From the human T2T-CHM13v2.0 reference genome, Homo sapiens: 64,000 nucleotides of DNA. Below are positions 50,872 through 64,000 of this stretch, in pieces. The stretch lies in NCBI RefSeq assembly GCF_009914755.1, contig NC_060926.1; one strand, given 5' to 3'. Both the position numbers and the translations under genes were made by a program. Positions within the stretch are counted from its first letter, which is position 1. Every line of letters begins with the position of its first letter. The notes below the pieces were generated by a model. The model was not told where the DNA came from, did no database searches, and saw only the letters and a program-made list of their open reading frames with translations.

Positions 50872-51201
50872 GTTTACTTTTCAGAATACTAAAGACTTTA
50901 TAACTGCATGAACTTGGATTTTTTTAATCACTCATATGGTAGAATTTTATAAACACATACATGATACCATCCAAATTCTTGCTTTTAATAACAAAGGTAC
51001 AATATTTTGTTTTAGTATGAAAATCTGGTAGATCCTATTACACTTCTGTTTATATTAAATCCACAATATTTTATTACATTTTTAACTTGTATAAATTTTA
51101 GGTCAAATCCTTCAAGCCAACCTATACTAAAAATTAGTTCCATAATCACAAATGGCTCTTTTGTGTAATTGTTTAATTTCACCTGAATATCATAATGCTT
51201 A

Positions 51202-51209
51202 AAGCCATA
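51202..51209 (+). promoter_or_regulatory. miR-135 8mer seed site (AAGCCATA)
   Basis: Exact seed match in 3'UTR; function not shown. Confidence 0.4.
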
Positions 51210-53590
51210 TGGAGTTGGAAATTATTTCCAAAGCATATTTATTCCATTGTTTTAGTCTGGCTATTTACAGTATAAAAAAAGCATTTTTATTAAAATACTG
51301 TGTAGTTCTTTGAGATAGTTGCTTATGCATATAGTAAGTATTACATTCTTAGAGTAGAGCAGAGTTTTTAGTTAGTATTAATTTATTTTCCTCCATTCAT
51401 GTACTTTTCCTTATATTTCCAAAACTGTTACTGAGAATGGGTCAAGATCAGTGAGAAATCTTTACAGTTGACAGGAACCTGGACCCCTTACCCCAACTTT
51501 ATGAGTAATGCTTGGAATAAAAACTCTTAAGGCAACTCACTGATTTACTTCTAGCAATAGCATGATGTTACAGGAATATTACCTCTGTTTAAGCAAGGTA
51601 ATGTGTAAAATCAGTCTCGGCTGTCAGAATAACTTCTAAAAGGTATTTTTATAAGCAGTTCAAGTTACTGAAAACCTTTTAAACCTTTCTGAAGTTCGTT
51701 AGTATAAATTACTTTTCTAGGATTATTAATAAAAGCCACATAGGTGGCAAGTTGTAGTTTTATATGGCTCTGTAGAGTGGTGAACCTTCTAGAGGAATAT
51801 ATGATTTATTCACAGTTCCTCAAGGCCTGGGGATGATGATCAGTTATACCTATTTTTGTGCAATTACATCATGTTGTACATTAGAAATGGAGAGTTTAAT
51901 AGCTCTTTAACTGCTGTCCTCATTAGGTAATGATAAATATTTCCCTTAAATAATTGACTATTTTGCTGTGTTTTAAAAATGATTGAAATTTATCTTGCCA
52001 TATCTCATAATTTCATGCACAAGTTGACTGAGCTAATCTTGAGAATATATTCGTAAAATAGGAGCACATTTAGTTGAGGTATACAAGGTAGGACTCTAGA
52101 CAAAACCTTCTATTTTAGCTTTAGTGAATTTCAAAAGTAATGGGTCTTGGAGTATAGATTTTTATTAGTAGCTTGAAAGAGCTTAATCATATGCAGTAAG
52201 TATTTTTATTACCAATAAATTTAAAATTTTTTAAGAAAAATATTTTTATCCTAGGGCCAAGTGTTGCCTGCCACCAATCAGTAAGTTAGTCTATAACAAA
52301 TTTTACCCTAACAGTTTTACCACCTAGTAACAGTCATTTCTGAAAATATGTTGGATAGAAAGTCACTCTTTGGCAAAAGTGTTAGAATTTGCTTTTGTGC
52401 CATCTATTCCTTTTATGGCATCTATCTTGAAAGTAATCTTGTATTGGAGATTGAAAGATGCTGTAATTTAGAAATTAACATGATATCTTAAATTACCTTT
52501 ATGAAATATAGTTTTGTATAATAGCATAGATTTTCCTTCAAAAAATGAACATTTATATATCTACAAAAATATGGAGAAGAGTAATTTGAAAGCCTACTTT
52601 CTGAAGAAAATGGTGGGATTTTTTTTTATCATGATTAAATATCAAAAAATTGCCCTATGAAAACTTTAAATCTCTAAAACATTTGAAATACTACCATATT
52701 TGTGATTTATTGAGAATAAAAATCCATTTTGAAATGTAAAATTTTTATGATCTGATTCAGTTTTAAGAAAACATGAATGAACTAGAAGATATTAAAAACA
52801 TTTGACATTGGTAAGAAATATTGATACTGATATTGATTTTTATATAGGTATTTATTTCAGAATTGATATTTTGAGAAAAATACATGTGAGTCATTTTTTC
52901 TGTTTCTCTTTTCTCTTAACGATTATCACTGTAATTCTGAATCTGAAAGGTAAAACAATTAGTCAAAATATTATTGCCATCATTCTACCTGTGTTATGAA
53001 ACTACTTATTCATAGTTAATTCTCATTAACACTTACATTTCCATAAAGAAAACTCAAGTATTAATAAAAGAGACTTTACTGGCTTAAGAGGGCTGTGAAA
53101 GATTTTTGATAGTGAATCATGACCCTAAGGGAGAGATTTGTGTGATAAAAGTATTGTATATAATAGATCAGCGATTTTTGTAAGGCAAACAGAATTTGTA
53201 AGTTGGCAGATCTTCCTAAGTTGCAAAATGTAATGATGAGCTTGGTGGAGAAGAATGAGTCGTTCTTGGAATACCTATGTGCAGCCACTACCCATCTCAA
53301 TGTCACCTTGTTTGCATTCTTGGATAGCTTGTATATGTAGTAGTTTGATGAATAATTTAAAGAAAAACACCTAAAATTTGAAAAATGATTGTAGGATCAA
53401 AAAAGGCAGATGAAATTACTTAATACTCAGTGTTTTGGAGAGTATTCCTTTTAGTTTGTTGGTTGGCTGGTTTGAACGATAGAAATATGCAGCATGCAAT
53501 ATATGCTTATATTTCATTTTAATTTCTGATATATAATGAACTTCTTGGGAGAGGTACTGAATCTTTGATGTTTTTTGTCATTGTTCTCAA

Positions 53591-53598
53591 GTGCAATA
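53591..53598 (+). promoter_or_regulatory. miR-25/32/92/363/367 8mer seed site (GTGCAATA); further matches at 51858-51864 and 53495-53501
   Basis: Exact seed matches seen in 3'UTR. Confidence 0.6.
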
Positions 53599-54000
53599 TA
53601 ACAATGTAACCAAATCTAGATAATTTCAAAGTTGTCATTAATTTAGTAAGCCTAATATAAACAAATATTTGTATTATTTTTGTTAGCAGGAAAGAGTGAT
53701 TAAGTGAGGTTATTTACCCCTAAATGGTCCATTCTGCATTGTATTTCAGGCTGGAAATGAATTATTCTTTACCAGTTTTGAAACACTTTGAAATATCCTA
53801 AGGTAACTTGGAAGCTGTGTAGTATATCAAATTAATTTGCTACCTAATAACATAGAAAGTAAATATCTTTGTGGTCACCCACATTGGGTGAGACAGAAAA
53901 TGAATCTGTTCTAAAATTTGTAATTTGCTAACTTGATTTGAGTTAGTGAAAACTGGTACAGTGTTCTGCTTGATTTACAACATGTAACTTGTGACTGTAC

Positions 54001-54006
54001 AATAAA
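54001..54006 (+). terminator. Distal polyadenylation signal AATAAA
   Basis: TGTA elements just upstream, CA ~18 nt downstream, then TTTTGTGTATGG / GTGTTTTTG GU-rich element. Confidence 0.8.
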
Positions 54007-54854
54007 CATAAGCATATGGTACCACTTTTGTGTATGGGGTTTATCCTTTCTGTGATGTGTTTTTGCTTTTTGATTACATGAGCTAGCAATAATGCACTAA
54101 AAGGATGACCTCAGAGGTAACTTTCTGTAAAACTTCAAATCTTGAATGTCAGTTATTTGATGAAAAGAAACACAAAAAGAGCAAAATGTACCACATTAAA
54201 ATTCATCCTTAGAAAGGCAAATATGTATTTGCCTGAAATATAAGAATTATTTTATTTCTAAACAAACATTTCTAAATTCATTATGCTAACCTTTATTATT
54301 TTTACATTATCAGATTCCTTTTAAGATGCACATTTACATCTTTTATAATTTTTAATTATAGTGTATATATGTCATTGCATATATGCAGTTGCAATATACA
54401 TATGCAATTCTAGTATAAAAATACCTATTTTTATAAATGAAAAGTACCAAGAAGAAAATTAAGTGTTGAGATGCTTGGGAAATTATACTGAAGTAGCATA
54501 ATACACCACCGTAAATTCCTATGGAAATAAGATAGAGTATTGCCAGCATCCACAAGCCCCCTTCTGTCTCTTTCTAATCATATCTCACCCTGCCCTGCAA
54601 AAGTAACCACTGTCCTTACTTCTAACACTATATGCTTAGTTAGATGTGATATTTCCCCTGGACCAGCAAGTCATAACTACCCCTATCCTGACCACCATAC
54701 TTGATATTTTGGCTCCAATTAAGATGTAAAATGTACAGCACCTACACATGGAAGTATTTTGAGTGTGAGAATTAGAAAATGGGCAGAGCCTTTCTGTCCT
54801 GCCTGACTTACTAGTTGCTCTTTAGGATCAAATAAGATAACACATATGAAAGGA

Positions 54855-54982
54855 TTTTATTTTTTTGAGATGGGGTCTTGCCATGTTGCCCAAGCTGGTC
54901 TCAAACTCCTGAGCTCAAGTGATCGCCTGCCTTGTCCCCCCAGAGTGCTGGGATTACAGGTGTGAGCCACCATGCCCTTCCT
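54855..54982 (-). mobile_element. Alu monomer (FLAM-like)
   Basis: Left arm only. Confidence 0.8.
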
Positions 54983-55293
54983 GAAATCATTTTGAAAACC
55001 GTTGAAACCACTTGGGTTCAAAGCTCTTCCCAGTCACTTACAAATTTACCCTCTGTGGAAGTATCTTGGTCCACAGAGGGTAAATTTGTGAGGACTTTGT
55101 GAAAATGCAAGAAAAGGGGTTATCAAACGCATATGTTAAGTGCTTATCCAGTAAGTCTCTTCCATCATTCACTTGACTGGTCCAAGAAGAAAATTTTGAG
55201 CCGTGGAATTCTCTTTTCCAAGATTAATTTTAAACATCCTTCGAACCTTATAATGGTGATAAATCATTAATGAGGCAAGCCATTATAGAGAGT

Positions 55294-55673
55294 TGTATTA
55301 GTCTGTTTCACACTGCTATAAAAGAACTGCCTGAGACTGGGTAATTTATAAAGGAAAGAGTTTTAATTGACTCACAATTCAGCATGGCTGGGGAGGCCTC
55401 AGGAAACATAATCATGGCTAAAGGCAAAGGGGAAACAAGGCACCTTCTTCACAAGGCAGCATGATGAAAAATGAATGCAGGCGGAACTACCAAACACTTA
55501 TAAACCGTCAGATCTCGTGAGAACTCACTATCAATAGAACAGCATGGGGGAAACTGCCCCCATGATTAAGTTACCTCCATCTGGTCTCTTCTTTGACATG
55601 TAGGGATTGTAGGGATTATGGGAATTACAATTTGAGATGAGATTTTGGGTGGGGACACAGCCAAACCATATGA
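55294..55673 (-). mobile_element. THE1/MST-family (ERVL-MaLR) solo LTR
   Basis: TGTATTAGTCTGTTTCACACTGCTATAAA...GAGACTGGGTAATTTATAAAGGAAAGAG...GGGGACACAGCCAAACCATAT. Confidence 0.9.
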
Positions 55674-57543
55674 AGAAACATTCTTGAACAGGCCTGAAAT
55701 ACGATAAAATTCAACCACCGGCAGCCATGTTGGCAAAAAGTGACAGAACTGTATGCGTTTTAGAAAAAGAAATTATACTACTTATTTCTAAGAAGTAGCT
55801 TTGGTATTTTGCTTTGGTGATATGTCTATTTATTATGAATAATTTATATAATAGCTAATATTATAGATACTATATTGATACCCATTTTATTGATTTGAAA
55901 TCAGCTCAGAGAATGATTATCAAAGCTCTCACACTAGCGTGTGGTAGAGCTTTGTTATGTCCCCAGGATGTTCTCTCTTAATGTGTTCTACAGTAGTGTC
56001 TTTCCTTGCAGAAACCACCTAGCCCCTCATACCTTTTTATTATATCCTATATGATGGACATCGTAATAGCTACCTCATCATGTAGTGTTATCTTTGGAAA
56101 TATTAAATATATGCAAAGTACTTATGTATATTAGTATATTAACATATTAGAAGACAGAATGATGGCTGGCAATATTTTCATATTACTGCCAAGAAGAGGT
56201 GATAAGGGCTTAAATAAACCAGGCCAGTAACAATGGGAATGGAAAGAAGGAGACATATTTAGGATAATGTATGATGTAGAATCCATAGGTTTCTGGGTTG
56301 GGTGATTGGCTGGACTGAGAACTGAGGCAGGAAATAGGAAAGGGGCAGAGATTTGGGGAAGAGCAGAGAGTTTAGGAGAGGAAAAGGTACATTACATTTG
56401 AGGTACTTATGGCATATCCAGATGGAAATTTCCAGCAGGTTCTTGTAAACATAAGCCTTGGTATTCAGGAGAAAGATCAAAGCCAGAGAAATAATATGGG
56501 TATTAATAGAAGCTAATGGATGAGATTGTTCAAGAGAAATGTGTAAAGTAAGGAGACAGGAAGAAGGCAGTGCAGTAAATTTTTACATTTAAAAGGAGGA
56601 TGGGATGGCCAGGATCCAGGAGGCTTGGCTATAGAAGTAAAAAAAAAAAAGTCAAGAGAGACTGTGACGCAAGACCATAGAGAAACAAAGTAACCATAGA
56701 GAAACAAAGTAAGAGAAGAGTGGGTTATTCGTGACCTTACAGAAAGCCATTTCAGTGGTGTGGTCAAGCACTAAACCCGGATTACAGTGGGTCAAGCAGT
56801 GGATAGGCATTAGGCTTGGCTAGGCTTAGAAAGGAAGAGAACGGGCTGTAGTTTGAGGTGAAAGCAAAAGTAGGAAAGTTTGTTTTACAGATGGAAAATT
56901 CTTGAGCAGTTTTGTACATTAAGGGGCAAAACACATTTTAAAGGATATGATGTAGATAAGGAAAGAAGGAAAACTTGAGGAGAGCAGATCTAGAACATAT
57001 TGGGAGAAGGAGGGTCAGGATTAGCATCAAGAGATGAGATAGAACAATCCCAGGGAATATCTTGGATCAGGAGCAAAATCACAAAGTTGCAAACAGTGGC
57101 CTGATGTTGTTTTGTTTGGCCTCAAGGTATTTTAAAAATAAATGAACTAGTTGGCACCATTAATGTATTATAAATACCCCAAAGACAGAGATTCTGAATT
57201 CTAAGAGCCACGGTATTCTTGAGGATAGGAGCCTGTGTTCTTGCTTGGATACAGCATTGGAACTGAGTAAGGTCTGCACTAAGATGGTCAAGCAATTTTG
57301 GGGTTACCATAAATCCTAGAGAGACTTCCGTTTATTTCACGAGACTAAGTTCTCATTACTCATTTGCCTAGCCATTGTAGGAATTTGAGTTTGTAACTCC
57401 TGATGAAGAGCCTGCTGAAATCATGAATGGATCAGAATTACCTGCTGAGTTTACCATACCACTCTTTGGCTAGGTTATACCCCAAATACCCTTTGCATTT
57501 GTTCAGTCTGTTGCTTGTACATAAGCTAAATCTAAAGGCAACC

Positions 57544-57680
57544 AGCTGGGCACAGTGGCTCATGTCTGTAATCTTGACATTTTGGGAGGCCAAGGTAGGA
57601 GGTTTGCTTGAGGCCAGGAGTTCTAGACCAGTCTGGGCAAGACAGTGAGACCCCCATCTCTACAAAAAAAATTTTTTTTA
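57544..57680 (+). mobile_element. Alu monomer (FLAM-like)
   Basis: Left arm plus A tail. Confidence 0.8.
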
Positions 57681-57809
57681 ATTAAAAACTTTCTTGTAAA
57701 CAAAGCAACTTGATCATAGATATCATAATACTTTGACATGCTTGATTAAAAAAAAGATTATAAATAATTTTAGTGACCAAGAACAGAATCATAGGCATTT
57801 AAAGTTTAA

Positions 57810-59390
57810 TAGGGGTTTCCAATTTCAATAATGGCAGGATAGCTTTTATCAGATAACAATGATAAATTCTTAACAAAATAGGGTGGAAAACAATCCTTTG
57901 AAGACATTGAAGTTACTGAAAGCAGGCAGAAATTGGAGGGGATTTAACTGTTAAAGAAGGCAGCTACATTTACCCCTGAGGTTACTCCCTATGGAACGGA
58001 TAGAATACAACAGAAAGCTGTCTTTCTTTCTGGAATGATGAGACTGCCACTATGGCTAGAAATTGAGGAGAAAAATCCAGGAAAGGAAGCAGTCACAGGG
58101 TGGGAGGTGGGAAATATTTCCCTCAAATCCTTGGCTGAACCCAGCACTGAGTGAGGCTATAAGGGGCCCAGAGGAAAACAACAGAGGGAAGGCTGAAAGA
58201 ATGGAGCAGTTATTCCAGCTACTACTGTCCACTGCACAAGAAACAAGAGATGAAAGTTCAAGTCTTACTAGTTACAGGGCTTCAAAAAACCCATTTTTCC
58301 ATTGAAACCCCATTGGATCTATGCCTTAGGAATAAGTAGTACATCCAAAGATTAATTAATTCACCCTAGGATGAAGGAAAAAGCCAAAACAGGCCCACCC
58401 TAACAAACCGTAAAACCAAGCTTCCCCAAGTTTATGATACACCTGTAATTTAACTGACTGCTGGTAAAGACTTACTTTCAGAGGAAGATGACACAACATA
58501 GAGACTCTGCAATGTATCATCCACAATGTCATGGAGGGGAGGAGGGTGGGGAAGAATGGGAAGAAACAGGAAAATGTGAGAAAATATAACCCAGAGTTTT
58601 GAGAAAAATCAGTCAATAGAAACAGACCCACAAACAATTTAGCAGACATGACTTTATTTTTTCTGTTATTTTTATATTTAAAAATATTTTATCTTTCAAT
58701 TTGTTTTTTTTTATTTCAATAGCTTTTGGTGTACAAGTGGTTTTTGGATACATGGATGAACTGTATAGTGGTGAAGTCTGAGATATCAGTGTACCCTTCA
58801 CCCGAGCAGTGTACATCTTACCCAATGTGTAGTTTGCTATCCCTCACTCCCTCTCACCCTCCCCACTTCTGAGTCTCCAGTGTCCATTCTGTATGCCTTT
58901 GTGTACCCATAGCTGACATGACTTCAAATAACTACGATGAAAATCCTCAAAGGTCTATAGGAAAACATGAATATTATGGATGAAGAGATGGGCATTTCAG
59001 GAAAGATTGGGAAACTAATTAAATACACTTGAATGAATATTTTAGGATTAAAAGTAGTATCTGAAATCAGAAATCCATTGGAGGGGGATCAAAAGTAGAG
59101 TGAGGTAGCATAGAATAAAAGATCAATGAATTTAGATCAACAGAATTTATCCAAACTGAAGCACAGAGCGGAAAAAAAAAATTAATAAACAGCCTCAGTG
59201 ACTTGTGGGACAATCTAACTAGGTGGAAAAACAGTCTCAGAGAAAGAATGGGGCAGACAAATTATTTGAAGTCAAAAACTGCAAATTTGATTTAAAAAAT
59301 AGCAACCTACAATTCTGGAAGCTCAGTGAACCCTAAACAGGACATCTTTTAGGCACATCAAGGTCAAACTCCTAAAAGCCATAAGCTAGA
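57810..59390 (+). mobile_element. Old L1M 5'/ORF1-region fragments, interrupted by an antisense L1 3' end at ~58700-58912
   Basis: GAATTTATCCAAACTGAAGCACAGAG, CAGCCTCAGTGACTTGTGGGACAAT; insert GGTGTACAAGTGGTTTTTGG.TACATGGATGAA.TGTATAGTGGTGAAGTCTGAGAT. Confidence 0.65.
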
Positions 59391-60843
59391 AGAAGTTTGC
59401 CTCAACCCCTTCTTAATGTTAACAATCCCCAGAAAATTCATTACTTGGCCAAGGCAGTTACTAGCAGGATTAGGACTAATGCTTACACATTCAAACTCCT
59501 GGTCCAGTATGCTTTCTGCTGTGCAACATTACCTAGATTACTAAACATAGCTCATAAAATAGAATTGCTGTTATCTAGTGAATAGGTTGCAATGCCCGAA
59601 TATCAATTTGTGCAACAACAATATTTTTCCAAGTAATGTTTTATTCACTTTCTAAAGTGTTCTGACTTTCCTAGAAAGTTATTTGGTTATGGTCCCTTTC
59701 ATACCATTTCCTTGTCAACCCCATTTTCCTGAAGCATAGCAAATATATTATCAGTTTTAATAAAAGTAGTGTTTAGGTTTTGACTTTGGTCATTACACAG
59801 TAATTTACCTTCACGTTATTTAAAAATACCTACTTTGTTTCAAAGTAATTAATCTTAAAGTTATTTTACTTCCTTTCTCAGATATTAGGGTGTTAAAATG
59901 GACCCTTTAGGGGTTACTCTTTAGTTAATCCTGTATTCAGAATATTAATTAGTTATCACTAAGTTATTCAAAAAGTGTCAACTGATCTACATTATTAGTA
60001 GTAGTTTTCAATTTGGAGAATTATGCTCTTCACCAGAGTAATAGAAATTATTTTTGATCTTGTGTATGGTACATGATAGGTTTTTCATAGAAAATTCTGG
60101 TGGCTTATACTTTTTTTCATCTTTGAACAATGTAGATAAAGTTGTTTTTGAGATTATAACAGACATAAACATCTTTAAAATTCAGGGATATTATTACCTA
60201 GTCTGCAGACAAATCAGTAATTTTGAATTTTTCAGTATACTTTAGTGAGGAAATAAAAAGGAAAAAATTATTAAATAAGTAAATTTCCTGTTTGATAGTA
60301 ATACCAATTTTGACTTTCTGACTTGCACCTTGACTATTAAACCAGACCCAAGCACTTCACCTGGTGCTAAATTACTAGCACAAACTGAAACAGAAAGGTC
60401 TTCTCTCAATCATCCCACAGGTATTTAATGATTCCCAACAAATAGAGATGACACACCAGTAACTAATTTTACTTTCTTTCCAATGGACAGCCCTAGCCTT
60501 TCAAGGGAACCCTAAAGCAGCTGCAGTATAGCAGTGATTTAATGACAGAACTGAGAATCTGGTTTATTTACCATACAGAAATAATCCTGTCTTCTCACTT
60601 TTAATTCTCCAAATCCAGCTCTTCTCCCTACCGATTCTCTATCCTCTCCTAGTTGCATGCAGTCTTGTCACTGGATAAGCTTCATTACTTTATCATGTAT
60701 TGAATGATAAATTAGTTTTACATTGCTGCCAAATCTTTTTAAGGCACTTTGGATTTTAAAGTCCAAACTATGTGTAAGGTAACATATTCACAGCTCCTAT
60801 GAATTACCTCATGGACATCTTTGGGAGGCATTTTTATTTCTAC

Positions 60844-61188
60844 TGAAACCAGGCCAATTGTCCCATAGAACTGATATTTATGGTTTATTTTTAATAAACA
60901 TAGAAATAGACCCTACCAGTCTTAAAACTTGAAAAATTTACACTTGTGTTATCTGAGTTCCTTTCTCAGGAAAGCACCAGCAGGCCTCCCAGAGAGTATC
61001 AAGGAACTGAAACTTAACAGATCATGGCATCTGGACAATGAGATCTCAGACTTCTTACTTGTCATGATTGCCTAACCAACCACCTGTTTCCTGTTGATGA
61101 ACTCCTCTTTCTTACTCTTCCCTAATCCCCGTTTTCCAACACATAGTTCCATTTCTTCCCTGCTATATAACCCTTAATTTTAGTCTAG
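60844..61188 (+). mobile_element. ERV1 (MER4-group-like) LTR, 3'-truncated just after its TATA box
   Basis: TGAAACCAGGCCAATTGTCCCATAGAACTGAT...CAAGGAACTGAAACTT...CCCTGCTATATAACCC; subfamily uncertain. Confidence 0.7.
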
Positions 61189-61828
61189 TTTTTGAGGAAC
61201 TGCCAAATTGTTTCCAAATGTAAACAGCAGCTGCACCAGTTTACATTTCCACCAGCAATGTATGAGGGTTCCAATTTCTCCATGTCCTTGCCAACACGTG
61301 TTTTCCATTAAAAAAAATTATAGCCATCCTAATGAGTGTAAAGTTGTATCTCATTGTGATTGATTTGCATTTTACTAATGACTGTTGATGTTCAGCATCT
61401 TTTCATGTGCTTATTGGCCATTTTTATATCTTCTTTGAAAAAAATGACTATTCAAGTCCTTTGCCCATTTTAAATATTGTTGTGTTGTCTGTCATTTTGC
61501 TTTAAGTTGTAAGAGTTCTTTTTATATTCTGTAGGTTGTCTTTTCACTTTCACGATAGTGTCCTTTGATGCATAAATGTTTTAATTTTGATAAAATTCAA
61601 TATATATATATATTTCTTTCTTTTGTTGCTTGCCCTTTGGTGTCATATCTAAGAAATTATTGCTGAATCCAACATCACGAAAATGTATCCCTATACTTCT
61701 TTTAAGAGTTCTATAATGTTAGTTCTTATATTTATGTCCTTGATCCAATTTTAGTTAATTTTTGTAAATGATGTGAAGTAAGGGTCTAACTTCATTCTGT
61801 TGCATGCAGCTATGGAGTTGCCCAACAT
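61189..61828 (-). mobile_element. L1MB-like fragment
   Basis: TTTGAGGAACTGCCAAA...TTACATTTCCACCAGCAATGTATGAGGGTTCCAATTTCTCCA. Confidence 0.8.
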
Positions 61829-61829
61829 G

Positions 61830-62336
61830 AACATTCCCAGCTGAGGTCAAATGAGAAGATGCTCTTCCTTCTTGTTCAGCTCTTAAAATGGAAATGTGTC
61901 CTTTCTGTGGTCTATTTAGCACCATATTTTTCACAGTTGTGTGCTTTTTTCCTGGTGATTTTGTTGTTTAAAATGGCTCTCCAGTATAATACTGGAGTGC
62001 TGTCTAGCACTTCTTAGTACCAGAAGGCTGTGATGAGCCTTGGAGGCAAAATACAAGTGTTAGGTAAGCTTTGTTTAGACATGAGTTACAGTGCTATTGT
62101 CTGTGATTTCAATGTTGTTGAACCAATAATATATAAAATAAACATGGTGTCTTTAAACAGAAACACACATAAAACAAGGTTATATATTGATCTGTTGACA
62201 AAAATCTTGTGATGAGAGGTTCACAGGAACCTAACTTGTATTTCCTCTAGGAGGAATGGTTCAGTATTTGCTAATTCAACGTTTACGGTTACTTAATGGA
62301 ACATTCACTACCGAGAAAAATGAGAAGTGATTGCAT
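61830..62336. mobile_element. MER82-like TcMar-Tigger DNA transposon
   Basis: CCCAGCTGAGGTCAAA...GTCTTTAAACAGAAACACACATAAAACAAGGTTAT...CAGGAACCTAAC. Confidence 0.7.
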
Positions 62337-63086
62337 ATAACATGCATTTTGTTTTGTTTTTAATTTTTTTCTTTTTATCTTCAGATGAGCATCATGATCT
62401 AGAAATTTTATATACATATAAGATACATATAAACAAAACAGAACAATCATATACAAGTTTAACAAAATAAATAACAGTTAACATTTACCGAAGACTTCCT
62501 CTGGGCTGAAATTCAAAGTATTTCACATGTTATTTTATTTTGTTAGCTCCTTTAGGTTCTACTATTTCTCCCCCTATACAGTTGAGGAAACTGAGGCCTA
62601 GAATCTCATGTAAATTACATCACTCGTGAGGGGTTGATACCAGAGCAGTCTGATACCATGGTCCTCCACCCTTAAGCAACAGTTCTGCCTCTTAAAATTG
62701 TTTTATTGATTTAATCAGCCAAGTAATCAATCAAACAAGCAATGCCAGGTATCATGGTAGGAGCTGCTGACACAGCTGTGAGCATAATGGTCCTGGCTCT
62801 TGTGGGGCTAGTAAGTGAGGATACAGAAAAGTAAATGCCCATTTTAAATAATAAGATCAAAACAGGAAATATGGGTTGCCACGCAAGCTCATAACAGAGG
62901 CACCTAATCAAACTAAGGGTGTTAGGGAATGAATCCTGGAGGAAGTAATATCTAACCTGAACTCTTCGGGCTCTAGGGGAACTTGCCAGTTAAACGGGTA
63001 AAGGAGTAGACTTCTAGGCAGGGAAAATCACATATTTAAAGGTCTAGGGGCAACTCAAATCTAGTTCAAAGGAATAGAAGAAACTC

Positions 63087-63088
<2 letters not shown>

Positions 63089-63140
<52 letters not shown>
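63089..63140 (+). repeat. (GT)26 microsatellite
   Basis: Direct reading. Confidence 0.95.
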
Positions 63141-63143
<3 letters not shown>

Positions 63144-63665
63144 CAGGAAAATTTTTAAAATGAACCTGAACCTAGGTAGTCAGGGGACATATTGCAAACG
63201 GCTTTGTAAATCATGTTAGGAATTTTGGATTTGTGCTAAGAGTAATGAGGAGGTACCAGTAGGTTTTAAGTGGGGAAGAATTATATGTGTATAGTATTGT
63301 GCTTTGCTTTCTGATGGCTCTTGGGGCATTTTTCTAAAAATGATGAATTTCTAACCTTAACGATTACATTGTGTTTAGCATAAACTTTATCATGGACTAT
63401 GTACCTGAAAATAACTTGCTGGATTAACTGGCATTTTTCATTCCTTTGTAAAACACACAGACAAACATTTAGGGCAAATGTAGTTATCAGCTTACATCTT
63501 CCTGAATGTCTGCCTATGTTTACTCCTGTCATTTGGTTGTGCCTGTGCCAAAAGTCAGTTATATTTTTCACAAACTTTTTCTTTTTTGCCAGTTATATGT
63601 GTGATAAGGAATATATACAATATGGATTTGAGATAAGTAAATTTTTCCTATTAAAACTAAGTTTA

Positions 63666-63975
<310 letters not shown>

Positions 63976-64000
63976 TTAATACTAAGGATATGAGAAAATT

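Larger units (their letters stand above)
50416..54024 (+). other. ITGAV: ITGAV 3'UTR (~3.6 kb, AT-rich, no obvious TE)
   Basis: Follows the stop codon; ends after AATAAA at 54001 with a GU/U-rich downstream element; exact end approximate. Confidence 0.85.

Overview
Human (primate) genomic DNA carrying the 3' part of the integrin alpha-V gene (ITGAV, CD51) on the + strand. I located 26 consecutive coding exons (exons 5-30, numbered from the known gene structure) by GT/AG boundaries. They splice into one continuous frame from ...[14 protein letters not shown] through the FG-GAP beta-propeller Ca2+ loops, thigh/calf domains, the KR convertase site, the TM helix and the GFFKR tail to TAA at 50413-50415. 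A ~3.6 kb 3'UTR with several AATAAA signals follows (distal one at 54001), then ~10 kb of repeat-rich intergenic DNA. The introns hold ~25 Alus (one a young AluYb8) plus L1, L2, MIR, CR1, LTR and DNA-transposon relics. Most ORFs in the supplied track are Alu or low-complexity artefacts. I see no new multi-gene system. The most unusual unexplained structures are: (1) a ~430 bp, ~95% identical, essentially gap-free inverted duplication in intron 18 that spans a TE-TE junction; (2) an ancient CR1 LINE fragment in intron 12 framed by good splice signals, a candidate poison exon; (3) a composite intronic poly(A) site after exon 24 that would give a soluble alpha-V; (4) exon 13, a one-propeller-blade module with a 127-nt AG-exclusion zone, a weak donor and flanking inverted Alus; (5) a pre-miRNA-sized hairpin 1 kb past the poly(A) site. 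TE subfamily names come from recalled consensus sequences and TE boundaries are approximate.
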